A DNA stretch of 64,000 nucleotides from an uncultured Lachnospiraceae bacterium (GTDB lineage Bacteria; Bacillota; Clostridia; Lachnospirales; Lachnospiraceae): assembly GCA_946622195.1 (NCBI GenBank), contig CAMOPH010000012.1, positions 222 to 64,221 on the forward strand, in the 5' to 3' direction. The position numbers and the translations under genes are program-made. How positions within the stretch are numbered: position 1 is the first letter of the stretch; each line of letters opens with the position of its first letter. Below the pieces are notes generated by a model, which worked only from the letters and a program-made list of their open reading frames with translations, searched no databases and was not told where the DNA came from. Positions 1-9,298 of this stretch are shown here, one piece after another.

Positions 1-49
1 GATACCATGTCAAGTTCAATTTAATCCGCACCTTGATTCAAACTAACAA

Positions 50-565
50 TTAATCTAAATAGATCATATATACATCCGCTTCTTCTCCCTCAAAGGTAAA
101 ACTTCTCTCATACTTTCCGCCGTTTTTTGTGATTGTCTTTACAGACGGTTCATTTGAACGTTCTACAGAAAGCTGGAGTTTATCCATTCCTATTTGATGA
201 GACCGCTCCAGAACGAGTTTCAGCATTTCAGTCGCGTATCCTTTTCGACGTTCAGATGGCCTCACGCTGTATCCGCAGTTCCCAAAATCCTTAAGGAAAT
301 CATTTAACTCATGACGGAGATCGATGATGCCAACGATATTATCATCCTCATCAAATGCAAGATATGTGTCTGTCACCACCCATGCCGGGTTTACGGTATT
401 AGGTGAAATATTATCTGTAACAGATTTAAGCCACTCATCATATGAGTCCATCTGATCTAAGAGTTCACTTCCATTTATCGTTGTCTCTCCGTTTTCAATA
501 AACTCCTGCTTAAAGGCAACTGCCTTTGGTTCATATTCTTTGATTGGTTTTTTAAGTGTTATCAT
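50..565 (-). CDS. GNAT family N-acetyltransferase
   Basis: 171-aa ORF with acetyl-CoA motif A (GYSVRPSERRKGYA) and N..S (NEPS); its start overlaps the TetR stop. Confidence 0.85.
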   Translation of the reverse strand: MITLKKPIKEYEPKAVAFKQEFIENGETTINGSELLDQMDSYDEWLKSVTDNISPNTVNPAWVVTDTYLAFDEDDNIVGIIDLRHELNDFLKDFGNCGYSVRPSERRKGYATEMLKLVLERSHQIGMDKLQLSVERSNEPSVKTITKNGGKYERSFTFEGEEADVYMIYLD

Positions 566-1137
566 TTCTGCCCTCCTGTCAGCTGCTTTCTGATATGATC
601 GGTAATGGAACGGATCGTCTTAGGTTTCATCGGTATGATCCGGCTCCACATACGAACTCCCTGGTACGAATACAGAATCATATTGACGATTTCATCGACA
701 TTTACATCCTGAAACTCTCCCCGTTTTACACCGTAGTGAATTAGCAATTTCCATTTCTCTTTTGCATTTTGCTCCAGCCGCTCCATCACATCGGTATTCA
801 CTGTTTCAGCATACTCATATAATGCTATGCTTAGTGAATCTTCGGGATGCTTCATTTCCTCTTCCATATTGTCCAAAGTCTTTTCCAATATTTTCACTGA
901 AGAAGTTCCTTCTTTAATCTCTGTCTGAAAATCCATCGCACTTTTTTCCGTTATCTTTTCAAGGACAGCCTCAAACAGTTTATCAGTACCAGAAAAATGA
1001 CTGTACAATCCTCCCCGGCTCATGCCCGTTATCTCGCATACATCTTTCATTGTCACCTGCTTGAAGCCTTTACCTGCAAAAAGCGTGTACGATTCCTTTA
1101 TGATAGATTCTCTTGTTCTTTCTCTTTTTGTTGCCAT
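562..1137 (-). CDS. TetR/AcrR family transcriptional regulator
   Basis: N-terminal HTH (FAGKGFKQVTMKDVCEITGMSRGGLYSHF); start moved to ATG 1137, which follows AAGGAGAGG and a consensus promoter. Confidence 0.9.
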   Translation of the reverse strand: MATKRERTRESIIKESYTLFAGKGFKQVTMKDVCEITGMSRGGLYSHFSGTDKLFEAVLEKITEKSAMDFQTEIKEGTSSVKILEKTLDNMEEEMKHPEDSLSIALYEYAETVNTDVMERLEQNAKEKWKLLIHYGVKRGEFQDVNVDEIVNMILYSYQGVRMWSRIIPMKPKTIRSITDHIRKQLTGGQK

Positions 1138-1152
1138 AATTGACCTCTCCTT

Positions 1153-1203
1153 TTCGACACGTGTGTCTATTTTTATTTTAGACACGCGTGTCGAATTTGT
1201 CAA
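1153..1203 (-). promoter_or_regulatory. sigma-A promoter of tetR overlapped by two palindromic operators
   Basis: Minus strand TTGACA (1203-1198), 17 bp, TAAAAT (1180-1175); 17-bp inverted repeats at 1153-1169 and 1179-1195 (1 mismatch), each containing GACACG(C/T)GTGTC. Confidence 0.8.
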
Positions 1204-1214
1204 TATCCTGCTCA

Positions 1215-1254
1215 TAAACAGAGCCGCAAATGCATATTTTGCATCTGCGGCTCT
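1215..1254 (-). terminator. rho-independent terminator downstream of rlmD
   Basis: Minus strand stem AGAGCCGCAGATGCA / TGCATTTGCGGCTCT followed by GTTT. Confidence 0.6.
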
Positions 1255-1281
1255 CACTGTCAACCACATAAACTATAATCG

Positions 1282-2790
1282 TTATTCAATCCCCTGTTTA
1301 TTCCGTATATCCTTAATCTTATAGTAATCCTCCACATCAAGTCCAATCTTCACATAGTCCTTTGGTCCGTCAGTTATTTTACCCAAAAACACGACCGTCT
1401 CCACATGCACGCTTTGTGAAAACATATCACAGGCGCATATTTTCCTAAGTTCATATCCGCCCTCGCAAAGAATCTTCAAATCTCTTGCCAGTGTTGCGCT
1501 GTCACAGCTGACATATACTATGTGGTCGGGCTGCATCTTAAGCATTGTCGAGAGGCAGAGTTCGTCGCACCCTTTTCTCGGAGGATCGACTACAATGACA
1601 TCCGGATGAATCATCTTGTAACCGTCACTGTTTGAATCGTGATTATCTTTTTGTTCGCTCCAGATTCTGTCGATGACTTCTTCTGCTTTGCCGACGAAAA
1701 ACTCTGCATTTTCTATATCGTTTATCCGGGCGTTTTCTCTTGCATCATCGATTGCTTCGGGAATAATCTCTACGCCGTATACTTTCTTCGCATCTTTTGC
1801 AAGGAAAAGTGAGATTGTTCCGATTCCGCAATATAAATCCCAAACTGCTTCTTCACCGGATAATGATGCATATTCCAGGGCTTTCGCGTAAAGTTTTTTG
1901 GTCTGCGTGGGATTGACCTGGAAGAAAGAAAGCGGAGAAATATTGAACTTAAGGTCACCGATATAATCCGTTATGGTATCTTTTCCGTAAATCGTTTTGT
2001 AATTGTCTCCCATGATGACATTGGTATCGTGGGGATTGATGCTTACGGAAAGGCTTGTGACATTTTTAGCTTTAAGAAGGGAAATCAGTTTGTCCTTGTC
2101 CTTTAATGCCGATTCATCACTGAGTACGAGGCAGACCATGATCTCACCTGTGGTGAATCCTTTTCGTAAAAGGACATGTCTTATTCCTTTTCTTTTTTCC
2201 TCAGCGCTGTAAACGGGGATTTTTTCCGACTTGATAAAATCAAGAATAATGCTCATTATTTCCGAAAATTCTTCTGGTCCCAAAAGGCAGTCTTTTACAG
2301 GGATAACCGAATGTGTATGACCTGCATAAAATCCTGCAATCGGAGCGTTTGTTTTTTTGTCCCATGCAATCGGGTACTGAGCTTTGTTTCTGTATCTGAA
2401 CGGATTGTCATTCGCCAAAATCGACTCTGAAATACTGTCGATGAATTCCTTGTCAAAGCCGCCGATTCGAATCAGATTGTTCTTAACCCTTGTTTCTTTG
2501 AATTCAAGCTGCTTTTCGTAGGATAATGCCTGAAGCTGGCATCCGCCGCAGGCTTTCGCCTTCTCACAACTCGGAGAAATACGAAAAGAGGAGGGTTTAA
2601 TGACCTCCTCGAGATGTGCAAACGCGTAGTTCTTCTTGGCCTTCATAATCTTGACGCGACACGTATCGCCCACTACCGTATCTTTTACAAAGAGCGCATA
2701 CCCGTCAGCCTTTCCGATGCCAAGGCCGTCTTCACTGAAATCTTCTATTGTAACCGTAAGAATATCGTCTTTTTTGTAAGTTTTTTCCAT
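1282..2790 (-). CDS. rlmD: 23S rRNA (uracil-1939-C5)-methyltransferase RlmD
   Basis: TRAM domain, Fe-S motif C...CGGC, SFFQVN, DLYCGIGT, VDPPRKG, YVSC, HVETV. Confidence 0.95.
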   Translation of the reverse strand: MEKTYKKDDILTVTIEDFSEDGLGIGKADGYALFVKDTVVGDTCRVKIMKAKKNYAFAHLEEVIKPSSFRISPSCEKAKACGGCQLQALSYEKQLEFKETRVKNNLIRIGGFDKEFIDSISESILANDNPFRYRNKAQYPIAWDKKTNAPIAGFYAGHTHSVIPVKDCLLGPEEFSEIMSIILDFIKSEKIPVYSAEEKRKGIRHVLLRKGFTTGEIMVCLVLSDESALKDKDKLISLLKAKNVTSLSVSINPHDTNVIMGDNYKTIYGKDTITDYIGDLKFNISPLSFFQVNPTQTKKLYAKALEYASLSGEEAVWDLYCGIGTISLFLAKDAKKVYGVEIIPEAIDDARENARINDIENAEFFVGKAEEVIDRIWSEQKDNHDSNSDGYKMIHPDVIVVDPPRKGCDELCLSTMLKMQPDHIVYVSCDSATLARDLKILCEGGYELRKICACDMFSQSVHVETVVFLGKITDGPKDYVKIGLDVEDYYKIKDIRNKQGIE

Positions 2791-2802
2791 ATCCTTCTTA
2801 AA

Positions 2803-3210
2803 TCAACTTCTGAACAGTTTTTCGCGTAACCAATTTGTCAGAGTTCCGTAATTCTTCGGAAAATTTTCGGACCCGTCAGCGTGGATTTTCCATCCGTCAT
2901 TTACAAATGCATTAAACGAAAACATGATTCCGTCTTTGACATTCTTTGGGTGTTTTCCGTGAAAATCATCCCACTTTGATATCATGCATTCGTTAAGAAT
3001 CCCAAGAACTTCCTCATTACCGCACTCTGCACTTTTTTCCGGAGTTTTTATCTCTTCTTTTTGCAAATACCGGTACTGATAGAAAGTAATCTCTGCCTTA
3101 TCGCCTTTATTCACGACCTCGTACTCGCTTTTGCCGCGCATGGCCGTTTCGGATAAAACGATTCTTTCGTAATTGGTTATTTCAACATTCTTTTTTCCGA
3201 TTGTAAACAA
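2803..3210 (-). CDS. hypothetical protein
   Basis: 135-aa ORF, TTG start after GGAGGAAG, co-oriented in operon. Confidence 0.65.
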   Translation of the reverse strand: MFTIGKKNVEITNYERIVLSETAMRGKSEYEVVNKGDKAEITFYQYRYLQKEEIKTPEKSAECGNEEVLGILNECMISKWDDFHGKHPKNVKDGIMFSFNAFVNDGWKIHADGSENFPKNYGTLTNWLREKLFRS

Positions 3211-3247
3211 ACTTCTTCCTCCGAATAAAAGAAATACTGCTTTGAAA

Positions 3248-3532
3248 CTACAAACCGTTATTTAAAATTTCATTGTATTTTGCATTTGCTTCAAGACTTT
3301 CTTTTTTGTCTCTCCACGCGTCAATATCCGAACATATCGCAAGCATTTCATCCACAATCAGTTCAGCGGTATTGGGCTTAACATAGGAAAGATAACTTAT
3401 CATTCTCTCCATTGCTTTGGGACTGCCCAGATTCTTGGCAACCATCTCACCGAGTTCTTTGGGAAAACCAAGGGCGGCTACTTCCTCCACAAGCCTGTCT
3501 TTTGTTTTATTCCATTCAGCATTTGCGGGCAT
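3248..3532 (-). CDS. hypothetical protein
   Basis: 94-aa ORF with RBS (GAGG), co-oriented in operon. Confidence 0.7.
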   Translation of the reverse strand: MPANAEWNKTKDRLVEEVAALGFPKELGEMVAKNLGSPKAMERMISYLSYVKPNTAELIVDEMLAICSDIDAWRDKKESLEANAKYNEILNNGL

Positions 3533-3565
3533 CTTTTACCTCTTCCGATCACAAATACAGAGTGA

Positions 3566-4507
3566 CTAAAAATCCTTAGTCATTCGAATGCTTCCCTCGA
3601 ATGCTTTGGAATAATTCCAGTCATATGTATCCGCATCCTCGATAAACTGAATAAATGACTGCATTTTGGCATCCGTATCATCCGCATAACTTAACGCAAC
3701 AGCCTCAATGATGCCGGGCTTCTTGGGCGAGCCGAACTCGAGTTTTCCGTGATGAGCTGCTATGCAGTGTTTTAACTGATTCTCAATATCCTTGGGAAAA
3801 TCGGGAATCTCCCTGATCTTCTCGGATACCATCTCAATACCCATTACTATATGGCCCAAAAGATTTCCTTCGTCCGTATAATCATTCTCTGGGAAAGGAG
3901 AATATTCATAAATCTTTCCGATGTCATGGCAAAGCGCCGCAGTCAAAAGCAGATCTTTGTTAAGAACGGGATACTGCTTGGTATAAAAAGAGCAAAGTCT
4001 TGCCACGCCGAGTGTATGCTCTACCAAACCTCCGGCAAAATTATGATGTATGCTCTTGGCAGCACTCGATAATTTGAATGCTGCGATGAATTCCTTGTCG
4101 TTAACGAAGAATTCTTCAAGAAGAGAATGAAGATAATTATTCTCTACAGTGGAAATGCATTTAAGAATTGCATCGTACATTTCTTCCACATCTTTTTTGC
4201 TTGTGGGAATAAAATCTTCCACGTTAACCTCTGATGCATCGGCTTTTCTGATCTGTCTTATATCAAGCTGAAGATTGCCGTTGAATGTCTTGGCTTCACC
4301 GTTTACAAACACGTAATCCATCGGCTCAAAATCCGATATTCCGGCGCTGTCCGCATTCCATATTTTGCAGTCGATATTTCCGGTCTTGTCTCCCAGAATT
4401 ACATTCAGATATTCTTTTCCGTTTTTGGTTGTGGCCGAATTCTTTGTTTTGCAAAGATAAACATCCGAAACGGCACATCCGTCTTTAATGTCTTTAATGT
4501 ATCTCAT
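3566..4507 (-). CDS. yhaM: 3'-5' exoribonuclease YhaM family (OB fold + HD domain)
   Basis: N-terminal OB fold; AAKSIHH, GGLVEHT, CHDIGK, GHI, HHG motifs. Confidence 0.9.
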   Translation of the reverse strand: MRYIKDIKDGCAVSDVYLCKTKNSATTKNGKEYLNVILGDKTGNIDCKIWNADSAGISDFEPMDYVFVNGEAKTFNGNLQLDIRQIRKADASEVNVEDFIPTSKKDVEEMYDAILKCISTVENNYLHSLLEEFFVNDKEFIAAFKLSSAAKSIHHNFAGGLVEHTLGVARLCSFYTKQYPVLNKDLLLTAALCHDIGKIYEYSPFPENDYTDEGNLLGHIVMGIEMVSEKIREIPDFPKDIENQLKHCIAAHHGKLEFGSPKKPGIIEAVALSYADDTDAKMQSFIQFIEDADTYDWNYSKAFEGSIRMTKDF

Positions 4508-4519
4508 AAAAACTCCGTT

Positions 4520-5224
4520 CTAAACTGTAGTGAATTTGTAACCGACACCCCAAACAGTTTCGATTTTCCACTTCTCGTGATCGCTGATTTTTTCTCTGAT
4601 TCTCTTGATGTGAACATCCACGGTTCTTGTGTCGCCGGGGTAATCGTAACCCCAGATTCTATCGAGAAGCTGCTCTCTTGTAAACACCTGATTGGGTGAA
4701 TTTGCAAGGAAAAACAAAAGTTCAAGTTCCTTGGGAGGCATGTTTACGCTCTCGCCATTATAAATAACCGAATAGTCTGTCAAAGAAACTCTGAGTTCGG
4801 GATATTCCACCGTCTGCGCTGTTTTGGGTTTCTCTTCGGTCTTTACTTCCTTTTCTTTGCAGCGACGAAGTACCGCTTTGACTCTTGCAACAAGTTCCTT
4901 TGAGTCAAAAGGTTTTTCCATATAATCATCGGCACCGAGTTCAAGGCCCAGGACCTTGTCGAATATCTCGCCTTTGGCGGACAGCATGATAATGGGAATC
5001 TTACTCTCGGCTCTTACTTCGCGGCATACCTGGTATCCGTCCATTCCGGGAAGCATTAAATCCAAAAGAATAAGGTTTGGTGCAAATGTTTCAAGCGCTT
5101 CTTTTACCGATTCGCCGTCATTTACAATCATAGTCTCAAAGCATTCCTTCGTCAGATACAAAGAGACGAGTTCGGCTATATTATTGTCATCATCCACTAT
5201 CAGTATTTTTTGCTTTGAAATCAT
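4520..5224 (-). CDS. OmpR/PhoB family response regulator (no adjacent kinase)
   Basis: Receiver domain (VDDD, LLDLMLP, KPF) and winged-helix motif RTVDVHIKRIREK. Confidence 0.93.
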   Translation of the reverse strand: MISKQKILIVDDDNNIAELVSLYLTKECFETMIVNDGESVKEALETFAPNLILLDLMLPGMDGYQVCREVRAESKIPIIMLSAKGEIFDKVLGLELGADDYMEKPFDSKELVARVKAVLRRCKEKEVKTEEKPKTAQTVEYPELRVSLTDYSVIYNGESVNMPPKELELLFFLANSPNQVFTREQLLDRIWGYDYPGDTRTVDVHIKRIREKISDHEKWKIETVWGVGYKFTTV

Positions 5225-5237
5225 TCTTCTTTCCTTT

Positions 5238-7589
5238 CTAAAATTTCACAACAGTTACACCGGCATCACCCTCGCCCTGCTCGGCAAGCGCAAATTCACT
5301 TACAAAATCTATGCCCCTCAAATACTTATGTATTGCCGCACGAAGTGCGCCGGTTCCTTTTCCGTGCACGATTCGAACACTGTGAAGATGGGATAAGTAG
5401 GCATCATCAAGGTATTTATCAAGCTTTGCGATGGCTTCATCCGAATTAAGTCCCAAAAGATTAATCTCAGGAGAAATCGTAGCGGACTTTGAAAATCCCG
5501 ATGCGTAAGAAGTAGGTCTTGTTGCTTCCTTTTCTTCTTTGGCCTTGGCATAAACCAAGTCTCCCGTTTTAACCTTAAACTCCATTACGCCCGAAGCAAT
5601 GATTACATTGCCTTTGGCATCGGGCAGTTTTTTGACCTCGCCCGTCATGCCCAGCGAAATCGAACGGACCGTATCGCCGACTTTGAGTTTTGACGCGTCC
5701 ACCTTTTTGTCTGTATTGTCGATTTTCTTTTCGTTTACCCTTATCTTTGATGAATTGTCATCTATTTTCTTACGAAGCGAAGCTCTCTTCTTTTCCATTT
5801 CCTGAATTGAAGTTCCGGCATTGTAAAGTCTTATGGCTTCGTCCGCTTCTTCCTTGGCATCTTCAAGGATACTCTTTGCTTCTTCTCTGGCCTCTCTTAA
5901 AATCTTTTCTTTGGCCTCCCGAACGCTTTGGTTGTTTTTATCAAGTTCTTCCTTCAGTTTTTCAACTTCTTTTTTGAGTCTCTCCTCTTCCTCTCTGTCT
6001 GCTTCGAGGCTCTTTCTGGTCTCTTCGAGATCTTTTAACAAATCTTCAAAGTCGCCCTTTGATTCATCCATTTCTTTTGCGGCTCTGTCGATGATTCGCT
6101 TATCGAGACCGAGTTTTTCGGATATGGCAAAAGCATTACTCTTTCCTGCAATGCCTATGTAAAGCTTGTATGTCGGCGAAAGTGTCTCTATGTCAAATTC
6201 GCAGCACGCGTTTTCAACACCCTCGGTATTGAATGCGAACACCTTAAGCTCCGAATAGTGCGTTGTCAGCATAATCGTGGCGCGCTTTTCCATAAGTCTC
6301 GAAACTATTGCTATCGCAAGAGCGGCACCTTCAGTCGGATCCGTTCCCGAACAAAGTTCGTCAAAAAGACAAAGACTGTTGTGATTTGCCTCTTTAAGGA
6401 TTCTCACTATTCCCTTCATGTGGCCGGAAAATGTGGAAAGATTCTGCTCGATACTCTGCTCATCTCCGATTTCCGCGTAAATATCTCTGAAAATCTTAAG
6501 CTTGCTTCCGGGAGCTGCGGGAATAAAAAGTCCCGACTGACCCATGGCACATAAAAGTCCCGTTGTCTTTAAAGATACCGTCTTTCCGCCGGTATTCGGA
6601 CCGGTTACGATAAGACAGGAATAATTCTCACCGAGTACAATATCTATCGGAACCACACGCTCTTTGTCTATAAAAGGGTGTCTGGCTTTCTTAATGTCAA
6701 TATACTCTCCGGCCTCGTAATCCGGCATGACAGCTTCTTCGTCTATGGCAAGAAGAGCCTTTGCGAAAATAAAATCAAGGTCCCGCAAAATATCCTGATT
6801 GGATTTAAGTTCCTCAAGATGAGCGGCCGCTTCCATCGAAAGCATATGAAGAATTCTGATGATTTCTTCTCTCTCTTCAACCTCAAGTTCCTGAATCCTG
6901 TTGTTTAATTCAACTATTCCGGCAGGCTCGATAAAGAAAGTCATTCCGCCTCTTGACTGGTCATGAACGATACCTTTGACATTGCCCTTGTATTCCGCTT
7001 TTACAGGGATACAGTACCTGTCGTTTCTCATCGTAATTACCGCATCCTGAAGGTAACTTCTGTATGTGGAATTGACCATCTTGTTAAGGTCGGAGTGAAT
7101 CTTCGCGGTGGTATTGACCTTCTCTCTTCTTATATCCTTTAAGGTACTTGAAGCATCGTCCGCTATTTCGTCTTCGGAAAGAATTATCTTTCTTATCTTT
7201 CCCGAAAGCTCATCCAAAGGAAAGAGTTCTTCAAACATGTTTTTTAAGGAATCTTCCCTTTCTTCTTCAAGTCCGTAAGAGGCTGCTGCCTTGGCACATT
7301 CTGCCGACGACGCAATCTTTAAAAGTTCCGATGTATCAAGATTTGCTCCGACACTCAAAGCCTTAAAGCATTCCTCGAGATTGCGGTTGCCCGAAAAAGA
7401 TATTTTTCGCGCACAAAGAACACGCGAAACAGCATCCTGCGTGTTTTTTAAACTGTCTAAAATCGCCTCCCTATTCCTTAAAGGATGCAGAGAGGCGCAT
7501 TTTATCTTTCCGAGTTCACTTGTTGCATGATCGGAGAGCAACTTTATTAATTTGTTGTACTCTAAAATATCTAAAGTTTTATTATCCAT
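5238..7589 (-). CDS. mutS2: endonuclease MutS2
   Basis: Walker A TGPNTGGKT, QNLSTFSGH, DELCSGTDP, TTHY, coiled coil, C-terminal Smr domain (IVHGKGTG). Confidence 0.95.
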   Translation of the reverse strand: MDNKTLDILEYNKLIKLLSDHATSELGKIKCASLHPLRNREAILDSLKNTQDAVSRVLCARKISFSGNRNLEECFKALSVGANLDTSELLKIASSAECAKAAASYGLEEEREDSLKNMFEELFPLDELSGKIRKIILSEDEIADDASSTLKDIRREKVNTTAKIHSDLNKMVNSTYRSYLQDAVITMRNDRYCIPVKAEYKGNVKGIVHDQSRGGMTFFIEPAGIVELNNRIQELEVEEREEIIRILHMLSMEAAAHLEELKSNQDILRDLDFIFAKALLAIDEEAVMPDYEAGEYIDIKKARHPFIDKERVVPIDIVLGENYSCLIVTGPNTGGKTVSLKTTGLLCAMGQSGLFIPAAPGSKLKIFRDIYAEIGDEQSIEQNLSTFSGHMKGIVRILKEANHNSLCLFDELCSGTDPTEGAALAIAIVSRLMEKRATIMLTTHYSELKVFAFNTEGVENACCEFDIETLSPTYKLYIGIAGKSNAFAISEKLGLDKRIIDRAAKEMDESKGDFEDLLKDLEETRKSLEADREEEERLKKEVEKLKEELDKNNQSVREAKEKILREAREEAKSILEDAKEEADEAIRLYNAGTSIQEMEKKRASLRKKIDDNSSKIRVNEKKIDNTDKKVDASKLKVGDTVRSISLGMTGEVKKLPDAKGNVIIASGVMEFKVKTGDLVYAKAKEEKEATRPTSYASGFSKSATISPEINLLGLNSDEAIAKLDKYLDDAYLSHLHSVRIVHGKGTGALRAAIHKYLRGIDFVSEFALAEQGEGDAGVTVVKF

Positions 7590-7963
7590 TATTTAGTGAA
7601 AAATCTGTAATTGAATTCGGCGTTGTTTTTGCCTCTATACGCGCCTTTAACGATGAGCGCATACTTCTCGCCGTAAAAAATTATATTCATAAGGTCGCTT
7701 TCGGGAGCTTTTCTGATCTCGACCGTAACCTCTTCATCCCATATTTCAGGCGGAAGCTTCTTTAAAAGAACCGCTCTTACATATCCGTCCACCTTGTTTT
7801 CCATAAGGCACTGTGTATCCTGCTTCTGCTCCTTAAAATGAACAATAAGCTTCTGCTCCTGGATTGTGGACTGGCATGTAGCCTTCTTAAAATAACTTCC
7901 TACTATTTCATAAATCGCATACTCAAATGCCGTCTGGTTTGAAGTAAAAGTCATCTTCTGCAT
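7589..7963 (-). CDS. hypothetical protein
   Basis: 124-aa ORF with RBS AGGGGG; stop overlaps the mutS2 start. Confidence 0.7.
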   Translation of the reverse strand: MQKMTFTSNQTAFEYAIYEIVGSYFKKATCQSTIQEQKLIVHFKEQKQDTQCLMENKVDGYVRAVLLKKLPPEIWDEEVTVEIRKAPESDLMNIIFYGEKYALIVKGAYRGKNNAEFNYRFFTK

Positions 7964-7978
7964 TTTAGTATTCCCCCT

Positions 7979-9244
7979 TTATCTGAGTCGTTTTGTAATC
8001 TCTTCGCATTTATTATAAATTTCATCAACATCTATTGTATCATTAAATTTACCATTTTTGTACAAAACTTTTCCGTCAATCATCGTCATTTTAATATTTG
8101 TCTTCGAGCCGCTGTAAACGATGTTTTTGGAAATGTTCAAAATGGGTCTCATATTGGGCTGGTAAAGGTCGATCATTATGATATCGGCAAGCTTTCCGAC
8201 TGCGAGCGCATCATTGTCGAAAAGTTCCATCGCATGAGCGCCGTTTACGCATGCCATCTTAAGAACTTCCATGGCATCAACCGCTCTCGGATCGTTTTCC
8301 TTTATCTTGGCAAGAGCCGTTACAAGGAACATTTCTCTGAAGAAATCAAGGCAGTTGTTTGAGGAAGGTCCGTCCGTTCCGATGGCAACTTCGATTCCTT
8401 TTTTAAGATAATCCTCAACCGGAGCGATTCCGCTTGCAAGCTTTGCGTTGGATGCGGGATTGGTAACCACTCTCAATCCTCTCTTTTTCATGATATCCAT
8501 GTCAGCATCACTGCACCATACTCCGTGATAGATTCCTCCGCCGAAATCCCAAAGTCCGAGGCTGTCAAACAAAGCCATCGGAGTCATTCCGTATCTTTTG
8601 ATGCACTCTTCATGCTCTGTCTTTGTTTCAGACATATGAGTATAAAGAGGTGCTTTGTATTTATGAATGATTTCGGATACGCTCTCAAGCAGTTCTTTTT
8701 CGCATGTATATTCGGCATGCACGCCCATTAGGAAGCCGACAAGAGAATTTTTGCCGTTTAATTCATTGTATCTTCTCTCCAATACTTCAAGCGTCGGGCC
8801 GAATTTATTGAGTCCCGATACCATCTGACAGCGCATTCCGAATTCAACGGAAGCATCAAATATGCTCTCGGGTGTAAGATACATGTCGCCGCATGCTGTA
8901 ATACCCGATGTAAGATATTCAAGATATGCAAGCTTTGTAAGCCAGTACACATCCTCGGGAGTCATTTTTGCTTCTCTTGGGAAAATCTCGTTGTTAAGCC
9001 AGTCCTGGAGATTTAAATCATCAGCGAGCGAACGGAAAGCCGTCATTCCCGAATGTGTATGTGCATTCTTAAAGCCGGGAAGAAGAACATTTCCCTCGCA
9101 GTCGATTTCCTCATCAAAGGATTTACCCTCCGTGGCAGGACCGACATAAGTTATTTTATTTCCGTCAATATGGATTTCTCCGTCGAAAATGTCTTCGCCG
9201 GGAACCATTGTAAGAATTTTTGCATTATAAAGTCTTTTTGTCAT
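7979..9244 (-). CDS. amidohydrolase, MTA/SAH deaminase (MtaD)-like
   Basis: PGFKNAHTH metal motif, HMSE, HGVW, GTDG, GKLADII. Confidence 0.85.
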   Translation of the reverse strand: MTKRLYNAKILTMVPGEDIFDGEIHIDGNKITYVGPATEGKSFDEEIDCEGNVLLPGFKNAHTHSGMTAFRSLADDLNLQDWLNNEIFPREAKMTPEDVYWLTKLAYLEYLTSGITACGDMYLTPESIFDASVEFGMRCQMVSGLNKFGPTLEVLERRYNELNGKNSLVGFLMGVHAEYTCEKELLESVSEIIHKYKAPLYTHMSETKTEHEECIKRYGMTPMALFDSLGLWDFGGGIYHGVWCSDADMDIMKKRGLRVVTNPASNAKLASGIAPVEDYLKKGIEVAIGTDGPSSNNCLDFFREMFLVTALAKIKENDPRAVDAMEVLKMACVNGAHAMELFDNDALAVGKLADIIMIDLYQPNMRPILNISKNIVYSGSKTNIKMTMIDGKVLYKNGKFNDTIDVDEIYNKCEEITKRLR

Positions 9245-9298
9245 AATTGTCTTTTTCTCTCTTGTCCTAAAACCTCTGACCTGTTTTCCTTTTAAACA

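Noticed and set aside
1138-1269. Longer N-terminal extension of the TetR ORF in the ORF track
   Set aside because: It runs through the terminator, promoter and operators; the RBS supports ATG 1137. Similar over-extensions were trimmed for ORFs starting at 21416, 30184, 42973, 44002, 49065, 57514, 58059 and 59074.
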